A stretch of DNA of 32,000 bases. It comes from Acaryochloris marina S15. GTDB taxonomy: Bacteria; Cyanobacteriota; Cyanobacteriia; Thermosynechococcales; Thermosynechococcaceae. Position 1 is the stretch's first letter. Every line of letters starts with the position of its first letter. This document shows, piece by piece, positions 1 through 8,896 of this stretch. A program made the position numbers and the translations under genes. The notes under the pieces were generated by a model. It was not told the DNA's origin, ran no database searches, and was given only the letters and a program-made list of their open reading frames with translations. The DNA is taken from assembly GCF_018336915.1 (NCBI RefSeq), contig NZ_CP064925.1, forward strand, positions 240,001-272,000. Reading direction: 5' to 3'.

Positions 1-3000
1 TTTATTAGTTCCTCCTTCTTGGAATCCACGTTCTCCATCACGATCAAGATCATGGAATTTAGTTCCTTGAATGACACCACTTGAGGTAAGGTCAACCACC
101 TCTAGAATGAATTGCTGGGTCTCAACCCCTCCTCGATTATCCTCAACCTGAATTTCAACTGTTTGTATGCCAATATCTTGAGTCGTGACATCCCAAGAGA
201 TCTGACCAGTGTCTGAGTTGATCACCAAACCCAAAGGTGCTGTCAATAGTGAGTAACTGATTACATCTCCATCAGGATCGAGTGCATCAATATCTGTCAA
301 GTATGATGTACCCGCAAAAGCTTTTAAGTCAGGAGAACTAATAATAATGGGTGCATTATTTCCTGCTTCAGCTTGAACAAAAATCCCATAGGCTTGTTCA
401 GCAGTTCCACCCTGACTATCATCAACAAGAACGACAACTTCATTAAAACCTAACTGGGTATTATCCGGTCTCCAACTGATAAGCCCTGTGTTTGAATCAA
501 TAGACATATTTTGGGGACCACTCACTATTGAAAATGTGAGTGAGTCTCCATCAGCATCTTCTGCAGATAACTGATATTGGTAATCTGCTGAGACATTTGC
601 ATCAACGATAGGGATTGACTTAAAGCTAGGAGGCCGATTTGGAGGTGCCTCAATTACTCCAAGGGTATAGTCTTGCGAGGTGATACCACCCCGACTATCA
701 CTGACTTGTACCGTGATGTCATGATTAGCAATATCAGCTACAGTGGTGTCCCAACTGATCACACCCGTCGTTGGTTCAATGGTCATGCCATCGGGGGCAA
801 TCAGGAGTTCATAGGTGAGGGTATCTCCGTTTGGATCAGCTGCATTAACGTCGTAGGTGTAGGGCAACCCAGCAATCGCTTCTAGTCTGGGGGTTGATTC
901 AATGACTGGATTGGAATTTAATTCCGACAGCACAACGAAATCATAAGAAAATTGCACACCCTCTGGGTTTCTAAAGCTAATGGTTCTTGGTCCAGTCAGG
1001 TCATCAGGATTAAACTTGCCTGCGGTGACTAAACTTGTGAAATCAAAGTAAGGGCGTCCATCTGCGGTCAGACCGTCCGCATCAACAACCCGCACAGTGG
1101 GGTTACTCAGATTTGTCACCGCTACCAGGAGGGGACCATCTAAACCAATGGTGCTAATGTTGCGTAGGGTCACCTCAGTAGTCAGGATCTGGCTTTTCTC
1201 ATTGAAGGAAGTTTGTTGATACTCAACTTCGGTACTGAAAGTAACATCCGACAGTAGTGAAAAGTCGATGGGGTCTACTCCCGTAACAAGGGGAGTATCT
1301 GGAATCGCGGTAACAGGATCACTACCAGTGCTATCCTGAACCTCAATATCATTAATCTGAACGCTGGTCGTGACATCACTGTCATCATTGACTAACCGAA
1401 AGACCAAGGTTGCTTCAGTCCCTGGTGCAAGACCTGCCAAATTCACGATAACGGTCTGTCCCTCCAGACGCACTCCTGGAGCTAACTCAGCGGGGAACCC
1501 CTCCGTCATATTTAAGAAGGCATCTTGGTTAGAACCAATGGTGTGAATCAAAGAGTTGCCATTCCCATCCACAAGAGCAACTTCAAACGCATCGTTGATA
1601 AAATCTGGATCGCTGGTATCAAAGATGAGATCACTGTAGGTAAAGCGCAGCTCAGCAGTATTACTGGGAATCGTAATGGCTTGTTCCGCTGTCGTTGTAA
1701 AGTTCGTTCCTTCCTGTAGAACAATCAGGGAGGAAATATTAAAGGAGATGGTTTGGGAATCAGTCCCACCTTGGCCATCACTGACGGTATAGCTAAAGGC
1801 ACCTGCGGCACCTGAGGTCCCTGGTTGAGGGAGAAACTCTAAACTCTCCAACTCATTGAGACTCAGAGTTTGCCCTAAGGTTAAAGTCGTTCCATCAGCC
1901 AACCTTACAATCCCTTGATCTGCCAAGGGTAGCTGGGCAACTGTGATTGTAAGAACATCCCCATCAACATCAGTAGGGGCAGTGATATCTAGAGGAGCCA
2001 ACGTTCCATCATTCGAGGCAGTGATGACTTTATCGTTATCTACAATCGGAAGATCATTGACCGGATCAACGGTAATGCCGAGGGTTTCTGTATTGATCTG
2101 TTGTCCCCCAGCCCCTGTTTGCCCCTGATCATCCACACTCACCGTGAAGACATCAGCACCATCGAAATTCAGATTGCCTCGATAGGTCAGATTAACCAAA
2201 GCTTGATTGATATTAGCTAAGGTGCCAGAGAACACCATGCTGCCATTGGCCGAGCCATCGCCTTGGCTAAAGGTCAACCCACTGGTTTGCCCCAGACTCA
2301 GAACACCATTGTCTACAGTGAGAGTGACAATTACCTCCCCACCATTGACATCAACATCACTAATCGTGATGCCGCTCATCACTAGATCGGTGTCTTCATC
2401 CACCGACGCAGCCGTCGGCAGGATAATCCCTGGCCCATCATTGACAGCAGAGATATCTAAGGTGATGGCCTGAGCTGATATTCCCCCTTGGCCATCACTA
2501 ACGCGATAGCTAAATTGTCCCGCCGTCCCTACAGCATCAAGGACCGGGACAAAGACGAGTCCTTCTAGTTCTATAATCGTCAGGGCCTGATCTAAAACAA
2601 CTGCTGTTCCATCGGCCAGTTGAATCTCACCTTGGACTGGATCTGGAACCTCACTCACCTGCAGGGTCAGTGCATCTCCATCCGCATCCACAGGGGCAGT
2701 AATACCTAATGGATTAGCAACACTGTCCTCCAAGACCATCAGGGTCTTGTCAGGATCAACCGTAGGGGCAACATTGGTTGAATTAACCGCGATTGCAATA
2801 GAGGCCGCATCCGTAAGCAATCCCCCCTCTCCAGTATTGCCCTGGTCATTAACCTCCAAAAAGATATTGGCCGTGCCGTCAAAATTGACCTCACTGCGAT
2901 AAACCAGATCGCTCACAGCTTGATTGATGTCAGCCAAAGCCCCCGTGAAGGCCATTTGGACATCACTGACCCCATCGCCCGTAATAAAAGTGAGGCCATT

Positions 3001-6000
3001 GGTCTGGCTTAAAGACAGAACACCACTATCCACCGTTATAGAGACCTCTAATAGTCCCGTTCCAGCATCTACATCCGTCAAACTAATCCCAGCAATCGTT
3101 AAGTCCGTCTCCTCAGCCACGGATAAAGAGGTCAGGGGAACGATTAACTCTGGAGCGTCATTGACCGGAGTAATCTCCAAGACCACGGCTTGGGAATCGG
3201 TTCCCCCTTGGCCATCGCTGACGGTATAGCTGAAAGTGCCAGCAGCGCCAGCCTCATCATTACCAGGCACAAATTCTAGATCTTCTAGATCAGAGGTACT
3301 GAGCTGTTGACCTACCACCAGGGCTGCCCCTGCTAATTGCACCACCCCTTGACTACTATCAGGAATCTCATCCACCGTCACCGTGAGGACATCCCCATCA
3401 CTATCCGTGGGGGCATTAATAGCTAATGGAGTAGCACCACTATCTTCAGCCACGGTCAGGGTCTTATCAGGATCTGCAACAGGAGCACTATTGGTTGCGG
3501 CTACAGCAATATTGATGGTTGTGCTGTCCGTCAGAGCACCCCCTTCACCCGTATTGCCTAGATCATTCACAGCAATGGAAAGGGTATCGAATCCGTTGTA
3601 GTTGGCATTACCTCGATAAATCAGGTTCGATAGAGCCTGATTAATATCTGAGAGGGTTCCTCTAAAAATCAGGGTGCTATCGGTAATTCCATCCCCTTGA
3701 GTGAAAGCCAATCCCGTTATTTGACTCAGACTCATCACCCCGTTGGTAGCACTCAGGGTAACTTCGAGTTCTCCACTGTCTACATCAACATCATTGATGC
3801 TGATGCCACTCACGACTAAATCAGTGTTTTCATCAACGGCTTGAGCCCCAGGTACCGTTAGGAGGGGAGCATCATTAACAGGCGTCACGGCAATATCAAC
3901 GGTTTGGGTATCCGTGAACCCATTTCCCCCATTGCCTGCTGACTGGTCATTCACTGCAATCGCAATCGCATCACTGCCGTTGAAATCAGCCTCAGCCCGA
4001 TAGGTCAGATTATCTAGGGCCGTATTGATATCTGAGAGGGTGCCCGTAAAGACGGCGGTGGGGTCTGCCGTTCCATCTCCCACACTAAAGGTCAAACCAT
4101 TGGTCTGGGCAAAATTCAAGACGCCATGATTCACCGTAAGGGAGACTTCTAGGGCATTGCTGCCTGCATCGGCATCACTAATGGAAATACCATTGACGAG
4201 TAAATCCGTATCTTCAGCCCCTGTTACTGTCGCTGGAGCTGTAATCTCAGGGGGACTCCCCACCCCAATTCGCTCAATGGTCTGACTAAATTGGCTTTGA
4301 TTTCCCGCCGCATCCGTTGCCACTGCACTCAGGGCATTTGTCCCTATATCTAGGGGCACATCCTCAAACGCAAACTGACCTTGGCCATCAGCCACAACCG
4401 TTTGTCCCAAAGGATTGAGAACCACACTGGCATTGGCTTCCGTGGTTCCCACCAAGCGGACCGTTTCCAAGGTGGTTTGCTGGTCACCTACCGGATCTGT
4501 ATCTGACTCGGGTGCGAGATCAAAACTAGGAGCAGGGATAGTGGTATCGAGGACAAACGGTAAAGAGTAGGGTTGAACAGTGCCACTACCCTCAATCTCA
4601 ATTTGAGCCACCACATCCGTGAAGTCCTGATCACCCCCATTCAATAGATCTTCGAACCGTAATAAATTCGGTTCATTTTCATCCACCTGCATATGGTCGA
4701 AGTGATCCGGGTTGGCGGCTGTAAAGGAGAAAAAGGCTTTGGGATGGCGACGGGTTCGGTTCTTGGGATTCCTCTTGAGAAACTGCTCCGTCGTATTGTC
4801 CTGAATAATATAGAAACCCACCAAACCATCGGCAGGTAGGTCTAATTCCGTCACCGCTCCTTCCCCTAAACCACTGGCAAAGATTACCTGTTGGCTTGCA
4901 CTCGATAGAGCAGCTTTGGCATAGCCCTTATCTCCGGGCTTCAAGTGGCCAATCCGACCCTCAGCATCATCGACGTGAAATAGGCCCAGCTCATTATCAA
5001 AGCTTGCCTCTCGTTCTACCCAGGTAAACTTAGCCGTGACGGTGCCACTGGTATCTCCAGGTAATTGGAACGCTTCTGCATCCAGTGAACTAAAGCCATT
5101 AAAGACTTCTCCTCCATTGCTATTACCAAAAGCATCCGTGGCGAGCAGGTTGAGGGTATAGGTCCCATCGGGGAGAACACCGCCATTGATTTGATTGAGG
5201 GTGGCCTGATCTAAGACAAATGTCCCGTCAGACTGCAACGTCCCCAGGACATCCACATATTGATCTATGGGGGTATTGTTCAACCCCGCTCTAAAGCTCG
5301 TGATCTGACTGGCATCTGAAATCTGACCCACCACCGTGGGGTCAAAGGTCAAGCCATCAGTATTTGTGCCGTTGGCTGCAGTGTCGTTCGCCAAGCTAGC
5401 ACTAATGACGGGTGGGTCTTGATCTGCAGGATTGATGTTAGCAAGTTGCTCAATCTCTAAATCAGACAAGGCCCGGTTATACACCCGTGCATCGGCAATA
5501 ATACCGTCAAGTCCCCGAGTTCCTCGACCATAGCCTTTGCCGTCGTGGAAGCGAGTACTTTGATTCACCCCACCAATACCAATATCATTGGAGTGACTCT
5601 TGAGCTGAGCACCAGCACCGGAGTCAAACTGCTCACCATCGAGATAGGCAGAGAGCGCCTGTTGTTGGACGTGATTTTGCCCAGCTTGGGCATCTAGGAT
5701 CAGGGAAACATGATGCCAGGTATCGGCCTCTACCTGATCTGTAGAAAGAAAAGTACCGTTCCAATTGCTTTGTTTACGGTTCCATCCCCCTACGTATAGA
5801 TGTCCATCATCCAGATAGATATTGAGACCCCGAGTGCTACCCCCTTCTTCATAGATGACTTGCTTGCCTGCTTGTAGGGTATCGGTCTTGAACCAAATAC
5901 TGACGGTGCGTTGGGCATGCGTTCCAAGATTAATATCACGGGTATCTTTGACGGCGAGGTAATCGTTGCGGCCATCGAATTCAACCCCACCCCCTAGGGA

Positions 6001-6462
6001 ACCACCCACATCAACGAATTGAGCCCCATGTCTTAAAAAGCCTCGATTGTTGCGACCTTCGGGCGAGGTATCGGCAGCAACCTGTCCAGTCGTTTCATCC
6101 AGAGTCAGATGCATCACCAAGTCATCGGTAGAGACGGTGGATGCATTGCCGACAAACTGACCGGGGCCAATGCCCAATTGCTGACTAGTGGCAGTGGATG
6201 AAGAAGGGATTGAGATTGATCCTGGGTTAGGTAAAGTTTGGTTCCAGGAGGCATTAGCAGGTGCTGGCGCTGGAGAGCCATTGACGCTACTCCCTCCAAC
6301 CGCGTTGACAGGATCATTGAAGGCTGGGTTATGCTTGCTACCCATTTGGTTCAATACAGAACCCAAGCTAGTATCGTTCCCTAGCGCATCCAGTAAATCC
6401 CCTTCCAGTAAGCCTGATGTTGGAATATCCTGATTGCCAAAAAGATTACCCGAACCACTCAT
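1..6462 (-). CDS. Giant secreted or cell-surface repeat protein. The first 2154 codons are in the window and the 3' end lies beyond it. Domains: LamG lectin-like, Ig-like, DUF4114-like, cadherin-like VNDAP modules, He_PIG Ig domains.
   Basis: My own minus-strand translation starts at the ATG at 6462-6460 (MSGSGNLFGNQDIPTSGLLEGD...). It stays open for 2154 codons to position 1 (...VIQGTKFHDLDRDGERGFQEGGTNK). It is absent from the track because no stop lies in the window. Recognisable parts: LamG/concanavalin-like (nt 5437-6120, ...GIIADARVYNRALSDLEIEQL); Ig-like; DUF4114-like (nt 4591-5037, ...LRFEDLLNGGDQDFTDVV); seven VNDAP-delimited modules; three He_PIG-type domains; the start of an SdrD-B/Cna-B-like segment at the edge. 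No N-terminal signal peptide is visible. Confidence 0.85.
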   Translation of the reverse strand, partial: MSGSGNLFGNQDIPTSGLLEGDLLDALGNDTSLGSVLNQMGSKHNPAFNDPVNAVGGSSVNGSPAPAPANASWNQTLPNPGSISIPSSSTATSQQLGIGPGQFVGNASTVSTDDLVMHLTLDETTGQVAADTSPEGRNNRGFLRHGAQFVDVGGSLGGGVEFDGRNDYLAVKDTRDINLGTHAQRTVSIWFKTDTLQAGKQVIYEEGGSTRGLNIYLDDGHLYVGGWNRKQSNWNGTFLSTDQVEADTWHHVSLILDAQAGQNHVQQQALSAYLDGEQFDSGAGAQLKSHSNDIGIGGVNQSTRFHDGKGYGRGTRGLDGIIADARVYNRALSDLEIEQLANINPADQDPPVISASLANDTAANGTNTDGLTFDPTVVGQISDASQITSFRAGLNNTPIDQYVDVLGTLQSDGTFVLDQATLNQINGGVLPDGTYTLNLLATDAFGNSNGGEVFNGFSSLDAEAFQLPGDTSGTVTAKFTWVEREASFDNELGLFHVDDAEGRIGHLKPGDKGYAKAALSSASQQVIFASGLGEGAVTELDLPADGLVGFYIIQDNTTEQFLKRNPKNRTRRHPKAFFSFTAANPDHFDHMQVDENEPNLLRFEDLLNGGDQDFTDVVAQIEIEGSGTVQPYSLPFVLDTTIPAPSFDLAPESDTDPVGDQQTTLETVRLVGTTEANASVVLNPLGQTVVADGQGQFAFEDVPLDIGTNALSAVATDAAGNQSQFSQTIERIGVGSPPEITAPATVTGAEDTDLLVNGISISDADAGSNALEVSLTVNHGVLNFAQTNGLTFSVGDGTADPTAVFTGTLSDINTALDNLTYRAEADFNGSDAIAIAVNDQSAGNGGNGFTDTQTVDIAVTPVNDAPLLTVPGAQAVDENTDLVVSGISINDVDVDSGELEVTLSATNGVMSLSQITGLAFTQGDGITDSTLIFRGTLSDINQALSNLIYRGNANYNGFDTLSIAVNDLGNTGEGGALTDSTTINIAVAATNSAPVADPDKTLTVAEDSGATPLAINAPTDSDGDVLTVTVDEIPDSSQGVVQLAGAALVVGQQLSTSDLEDLEFVPGNDEAGAAGTFSYTVSDGQGGTDSQAVVLEITPVNDAPELIVPLTSLSVAEETDLTIAGISLTDVDAGTGLLEVSITVDSGVLSLSQTNGLTFITGDGVSDVQMAFTGALADINQAVSDLVYRSEVNFDGTANIFLEVNDQGNTGEGGLLTDAASIAIAVNSTNVAPTVDPDKTLMVLEDSVANPLGITAPVDADGDALTLQVSEVPDPVQGEIQLADGTAVVLDQALTIIELEGLVFVPVLDAVGTAGQFSYRVSDGQGGISAQAITLDISAVNDGPGIILPTAASVDEDTDLVMSGITISDVDVNGGEVIVTLTVDNGVLSLGQTSGLTFSQGDGSANGSMVFSGTLANINQALVNLTYRGNLNFDGADVFTVSVDDQGQTGAGGQQINTETLGITVDPVNDLPIVDNDKVITASNDGTLAPLDITAPTDVDGDVLTITVAQLPLADQGIVRLADGTTLTLGQTLSLNELESLEFLPQPGTSGAAGAFSYTVSDGQGGTDSQTISFNISSLIVLQEGTNFTTTAEQAITIPSNTAELRFTYSDLIFDTSDPDFINDAFEVALVDGNGNSLIHTIGSNQDAFLNMTEGFPAELAPGVRLEGQTVIVNLAGLAPGTEATLVFRLVNDDSDVTTSVQINDIEVQDSTGSDPVTAIPDTPLVTGVDPIDFSLLSDVTFSTEVEYQQTSFNEKSQILTTEVTLRNISTIGLDGPLLVAVTNLSNPTVRVVDADGLTADGRPYFDFTSLVTAGKFNPDDLTGPRTISFRNPEGVQFSYDFVVLSELNSNPVIESTPRLEAIAGLPYTYDVNAADPNGDTLTYELLIAPDGMTIEPTTGVISWDTTVADIANHDITVQVSDSRGGITSQDYTLGVIEAPPNRPPSFKSIPIVDANVSADYQYQLSAEDADGDSLTFSIVSGPQNMSIDSNTGLISWRPDNTQLGFNEVVVLVDDSQGGTAEQAYGIFVQAEAGNNAPIIISSPDLKAFAGTSYLTDIDALDPDGDVISYSLLTAPLGLVINSDTGQISWDVTTQDIGIQTVEIQVEDNRGGVETQQFILEVVDLTSSGVIQGTKFHDLDRDGERGFQEGGTNK
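95..925 (-). repeat. Three tandem He_PIG / dystroglycan-type cadherin-like Ig domains inside the giant ORF
   Basis: There are three ~90-aa units with the same pattern. Example: NPVIESTPRLEAIAGLPYTYDVNAADPNGDTLTYELLIAPDGMTIEPTTGVISWDTT...VQVSDSRGGITSQDYTLGV. The second and third units carry ...DADGDSLTFSIVSGPQNMSIDSNTGLISW... and ...DPDGDVISYSLLTAPLGLVINSDTGQISW... Confidence 0.65.
1740..4260 (-). repeat. Intragenic tandem array of two alternating cadherin-like modules (order A-A-B-A-B-A-B; the A+B period is about 720 nt)
   Basis: Type A is ~125 aa: VNDAP..L..V.EDTDL...GISI.D.D...LEV.L....GVLSL.QT.GLTF..GDG....F.G.L..IN.AL..L.YR. Type B is ~110 aa: N.AP..DPDK.L.V.ED...PL.I..P.D.DGD.L...V.E.PD...G...LA.G....L....LE.L.F.P....G.AG.FSY.VSDGQGG. 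The VND(A/G/L)P codon strings lie on the + strand at about 2047, 2431, 3152 and 3866. The antisense shadow ORFs 2207-2473 and 2924-3229 are visibly similar to each other at a 717-nt offset. Confidence 0.75.
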
Positions 6463-6564
6463 AACCCAACCCAATCCCTACTCAAAACACAGATAAATAG
6501 ATACACAAAGTGGACAGCAAGCGCATTAGCCAAGCGCTGCCATCCATGATTAGTTCCTTGCTAT

Positions 6565-7281
6565 TTAGACAGCTTCTGCCATTGGAATGAGCAGGTCAGT
6601 CGGACTCTGAACAAAACGCTGCACTACTTTCTCAAATGTTTGGATACAGCTATCCCAACGTCCAATTAACTGTTGTACATCATTGAGTCGGTTCTCAGGA
6701 GTCTCTCCCTCCAGCTCATAGTTGAAGTTACCGGAAAAGAGAATTGCTGCCTCAGATTCTGTCTCTGACCGCTTCAGCTCTGCTTGATTAATCGATAGAT
6801 TCAGTTGTCCTCGTTCTTGGGGAAAGCCCATTTGAATCGCAGCTTGAACTGGCCCTGCTTCATTGTCAGACCAAGAGCCTGGGGTGAGTAACTGAGTGGT
6901 TAGATACCGATGGGCTTCGGAGGTATTAGCAAACTTGGTATGGGCTCTGGCATTGATGCTCACCCCTTGGTAATCGACCTTGGGCAATTTCTGGACATAC
7001 TGCTGAGCAATCTTATGTACCTGGGAGTCTCTGTCTTGGCCAGTGGGGACTGATTCGACAAAATCAACTCGATTGGGTTGAGCAATGAGACTTAATCCAT
7101 TCTTGAAAACGATTTGGACAACCTGATTGGTATAGACAGGAGGACGAGCGAGCTCCCAGTCGCTGGGGATGATATCACTGTATTTGAGAAAATCTGGATT
7201 AAGGGCGCTGGGATTAAGATCTTTGGCTGCAAGACTGATTCCGATCTCTTGAACAACTAGGGCTTGGGACATAATTACCAT
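6565..7281 (-). CDS. Hypothetical protein (238 aa), co-oriented with and ~100 bp upstream of the giant gene
   Basis: Track ORF with ATG starts at 7281 or 7272. The amino-acid composition is balanced and globular-looking. I recognise no family motif. A ~750 bp AT-rich non-coding region lies upstream. Confidence 0.6.
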   Translation of the reverse strand: MVIMSQALVVQEIGISLAAKDLNPSALNPDFLKYSDIIPSDWELARPPVYTNQVVQIVFKNGLSLIAQPNRVDFVESVPTGQDRDSQVHKIAQQYVQKLPKVDYQGVSINARAHTKFANTSEAHRYLTTQLLTPGSWSDNEAGPVQAAIQMGFPQERGQLNLSINQAELKRSETESEAAILFSGNFNYELEGETPENRLNDVQQLIGRWDSCIQTFEKVVQRFVQSPTDLLIPMAEAV

Positions 7282-8033
7282 TCCAGAAACTGAGTTGAAT
7301 TATTAAGAAAAAAGCATGAGAAATCTGTGGAATAGATTCTTCCCACAACAATATTTGTGCAAAATCAAGAGTTTTACACGATAAGTCTGTATAACCTCAA
7401 ATAATATTGAAATTAATTAGTGAAGATATTGAGTCTACTTGACATCTATCTAAATCAATTTATTTGAATTTCATCTTCCTCAATTACTATTTTCTAGGGA
7501 GACACTATAGTCTTTAGAGAGTGTTCTGATAGAAACTACCCATATTGAAGGAGTAAATTTCATATTGATTCTCTGTTTAGATCTTATTTAATGAAGCGGG
7601 GAACTACAGTAGGTTCATAACTGTCGATAACTGATTATATACGACGAAATTATATTATTTAAATAACACGTATTCCCTTAATTATTAACGCGAGCATAAA
7701 TATTTAAGAGAAGGTCATAAATTAATACTATTTTCAACTAAAACATTCAAGATAGTCATATAAAGTAATTACACTTTCTACGAAAGAGGTGATATTTATG
7801 TCATTTAGGAGATTATAAGATAATTATTTTTAATCAAATAAATATCTAGACATCCAATTTACTAATGACAAGCAGTCCCCTTGATTTGTTGAGAAAAGAT
7901 ATATACTCGTTAAGTTTTGTTATGTAAGTCACCAGTTTTTGTAGACATTAGTATTTGAAATTGATAGTCATTATTGACTAACTATTACCTGGTGAAAGTG
8001 CATCTTCAATGAGGTAACAGTTATAATTGCCGC

Positions 8034-8876
8034 ATGTTTGATTCTACTTGTAAGTTCCTTGCAGAGAGCTTTTCCAGTGATTTTGCTTCCTGGTTGATTG
8101 GTGAACCTATTCCACTCACTGAACTCAGCCCATCAGAACTATCCCTCGAACCAATCCGGGCCGATGCGTTAATTCTTCTAGCTTCTGAGGAATACATTTT
8201 ACATGTAGAGTTCCAGACTGAACCGGATCCGAATATGCCATATAGGATGGCTGATTATCGCTTGCGGGTCTACCGTCGCTTCCCCCAGAAGCAGATGAAG
8301 CAAGTGGTGATCTATTTGACACCCTCAAACTCAGATTATGTTTACCAGACAGCCTTTGAGATTCCGGGGACACGTCATGAATTCGAAGTGATTCGTCTTT
8401 GGGAACAGCCCACTCAACTTTTCTTGGCATCGACGGGGCTGCTTCCTTTAGCTGTTTTAACCAACACCTCGAATCAAGCCCAGACCTTGCGGCAAGTAGC
8501 TGAACGAATTGATGCCGTTACAGAATCGAGAGTTCAAAGCAACATAGCTGCCTCCACTGGGATTCTAGCTGGGTTAACATTGGAGAGGGACGTCATTAAT
8601 CAAGTTCTGCGGAAAGAGATTATGCAACAGTCAGTCATCTATCAAGAGTGGAAAGAAGAATTTCTTCAAGAAGGTCGCCAAGAAGGACGGCAGGAAGAAG
8701 GACAATCGCTGATCCTCCGTCAACTCACCCGACGTCTTGGTGACGTCTCCCCAGAATTGCAATCCCAGATCCAGTCCCTTTCCCTCGACCAACTAGAAGC
8801 ATTGGGTGAAGCATTACTCGACTTTACGGAACCCGCTGATTTGGTGAACTGGTTGAAGCAACATCCATCTGAGTAG
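8034..8876 (+). CDS. Rpn-family recombination-promoting nuclease / putative transposase (PD-(D/E)XK core plus C-terminal DUF4351)
   Basis: The N-terminus (MFDSTCKFLAE..FASWL..ELSLEPIRADALILL...ILHVEFQTEPD..MPYRMADYRLRVYRRF) is the typical high-copy cyanobacterial Rpn/YhgA-like pattern, with D...ExQ. The C-terminus (LILRQLTRRLGDVSPELQSQIQSLSLDQLEALGEALLDF) is DUF4351-like. Confidence 0.85.
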   Translation: MFDSTCKFLAESFSSDFASWLIGEPIPLTELSPSELSLEPIRADALILLASEEYILHVEFQTEPDPNMPYRMADYRLRVYRRFPQKQMKQVVIYLTPSNSDYVYQTAFEIPGTRHEFEVIRLWEQPTQLFLASTGLLPLAVLTNTSNQAQTLRQVAERIDAVTESRVQSNIAASTGILAGLTLERDVINQVLRKEIMQQSVIYQEWKEEFLQEGRQEGRQEEGQSLILRQLTRRLGDVSPELQSQIQSLSLDQLEALGEALLDFTEPADLVNWLKQHPSE

Positions 8877-8896
8877 CAACAACCGCCTTCTATTCA

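Noticed and set aside
673-3601. Plus-strand track ORFs 673-885, 1525-1719, 1943-2128, 2207-2473, 2924-3229 and 3383-3601 (also 6188-6433)
   Set aside because: They lie antisense to the continuous 2154-codon minus-strand ORF. Their Ser/Thr/Pro/Val-rich, low-complexity products are typical shadow ORFs. The mutual similarity of two of them only mirrors the sense-strand repeats.
4641-6317. Minus-strand track ORFs 4641-4829, 5790-5990 and 6114-6317
   Set aside because: They are on the same strand as the giant ORF but in a different frame: the distance from 6462 is 1 mod 3 in each case. They are therefore out-of-frame artefacts inside it.
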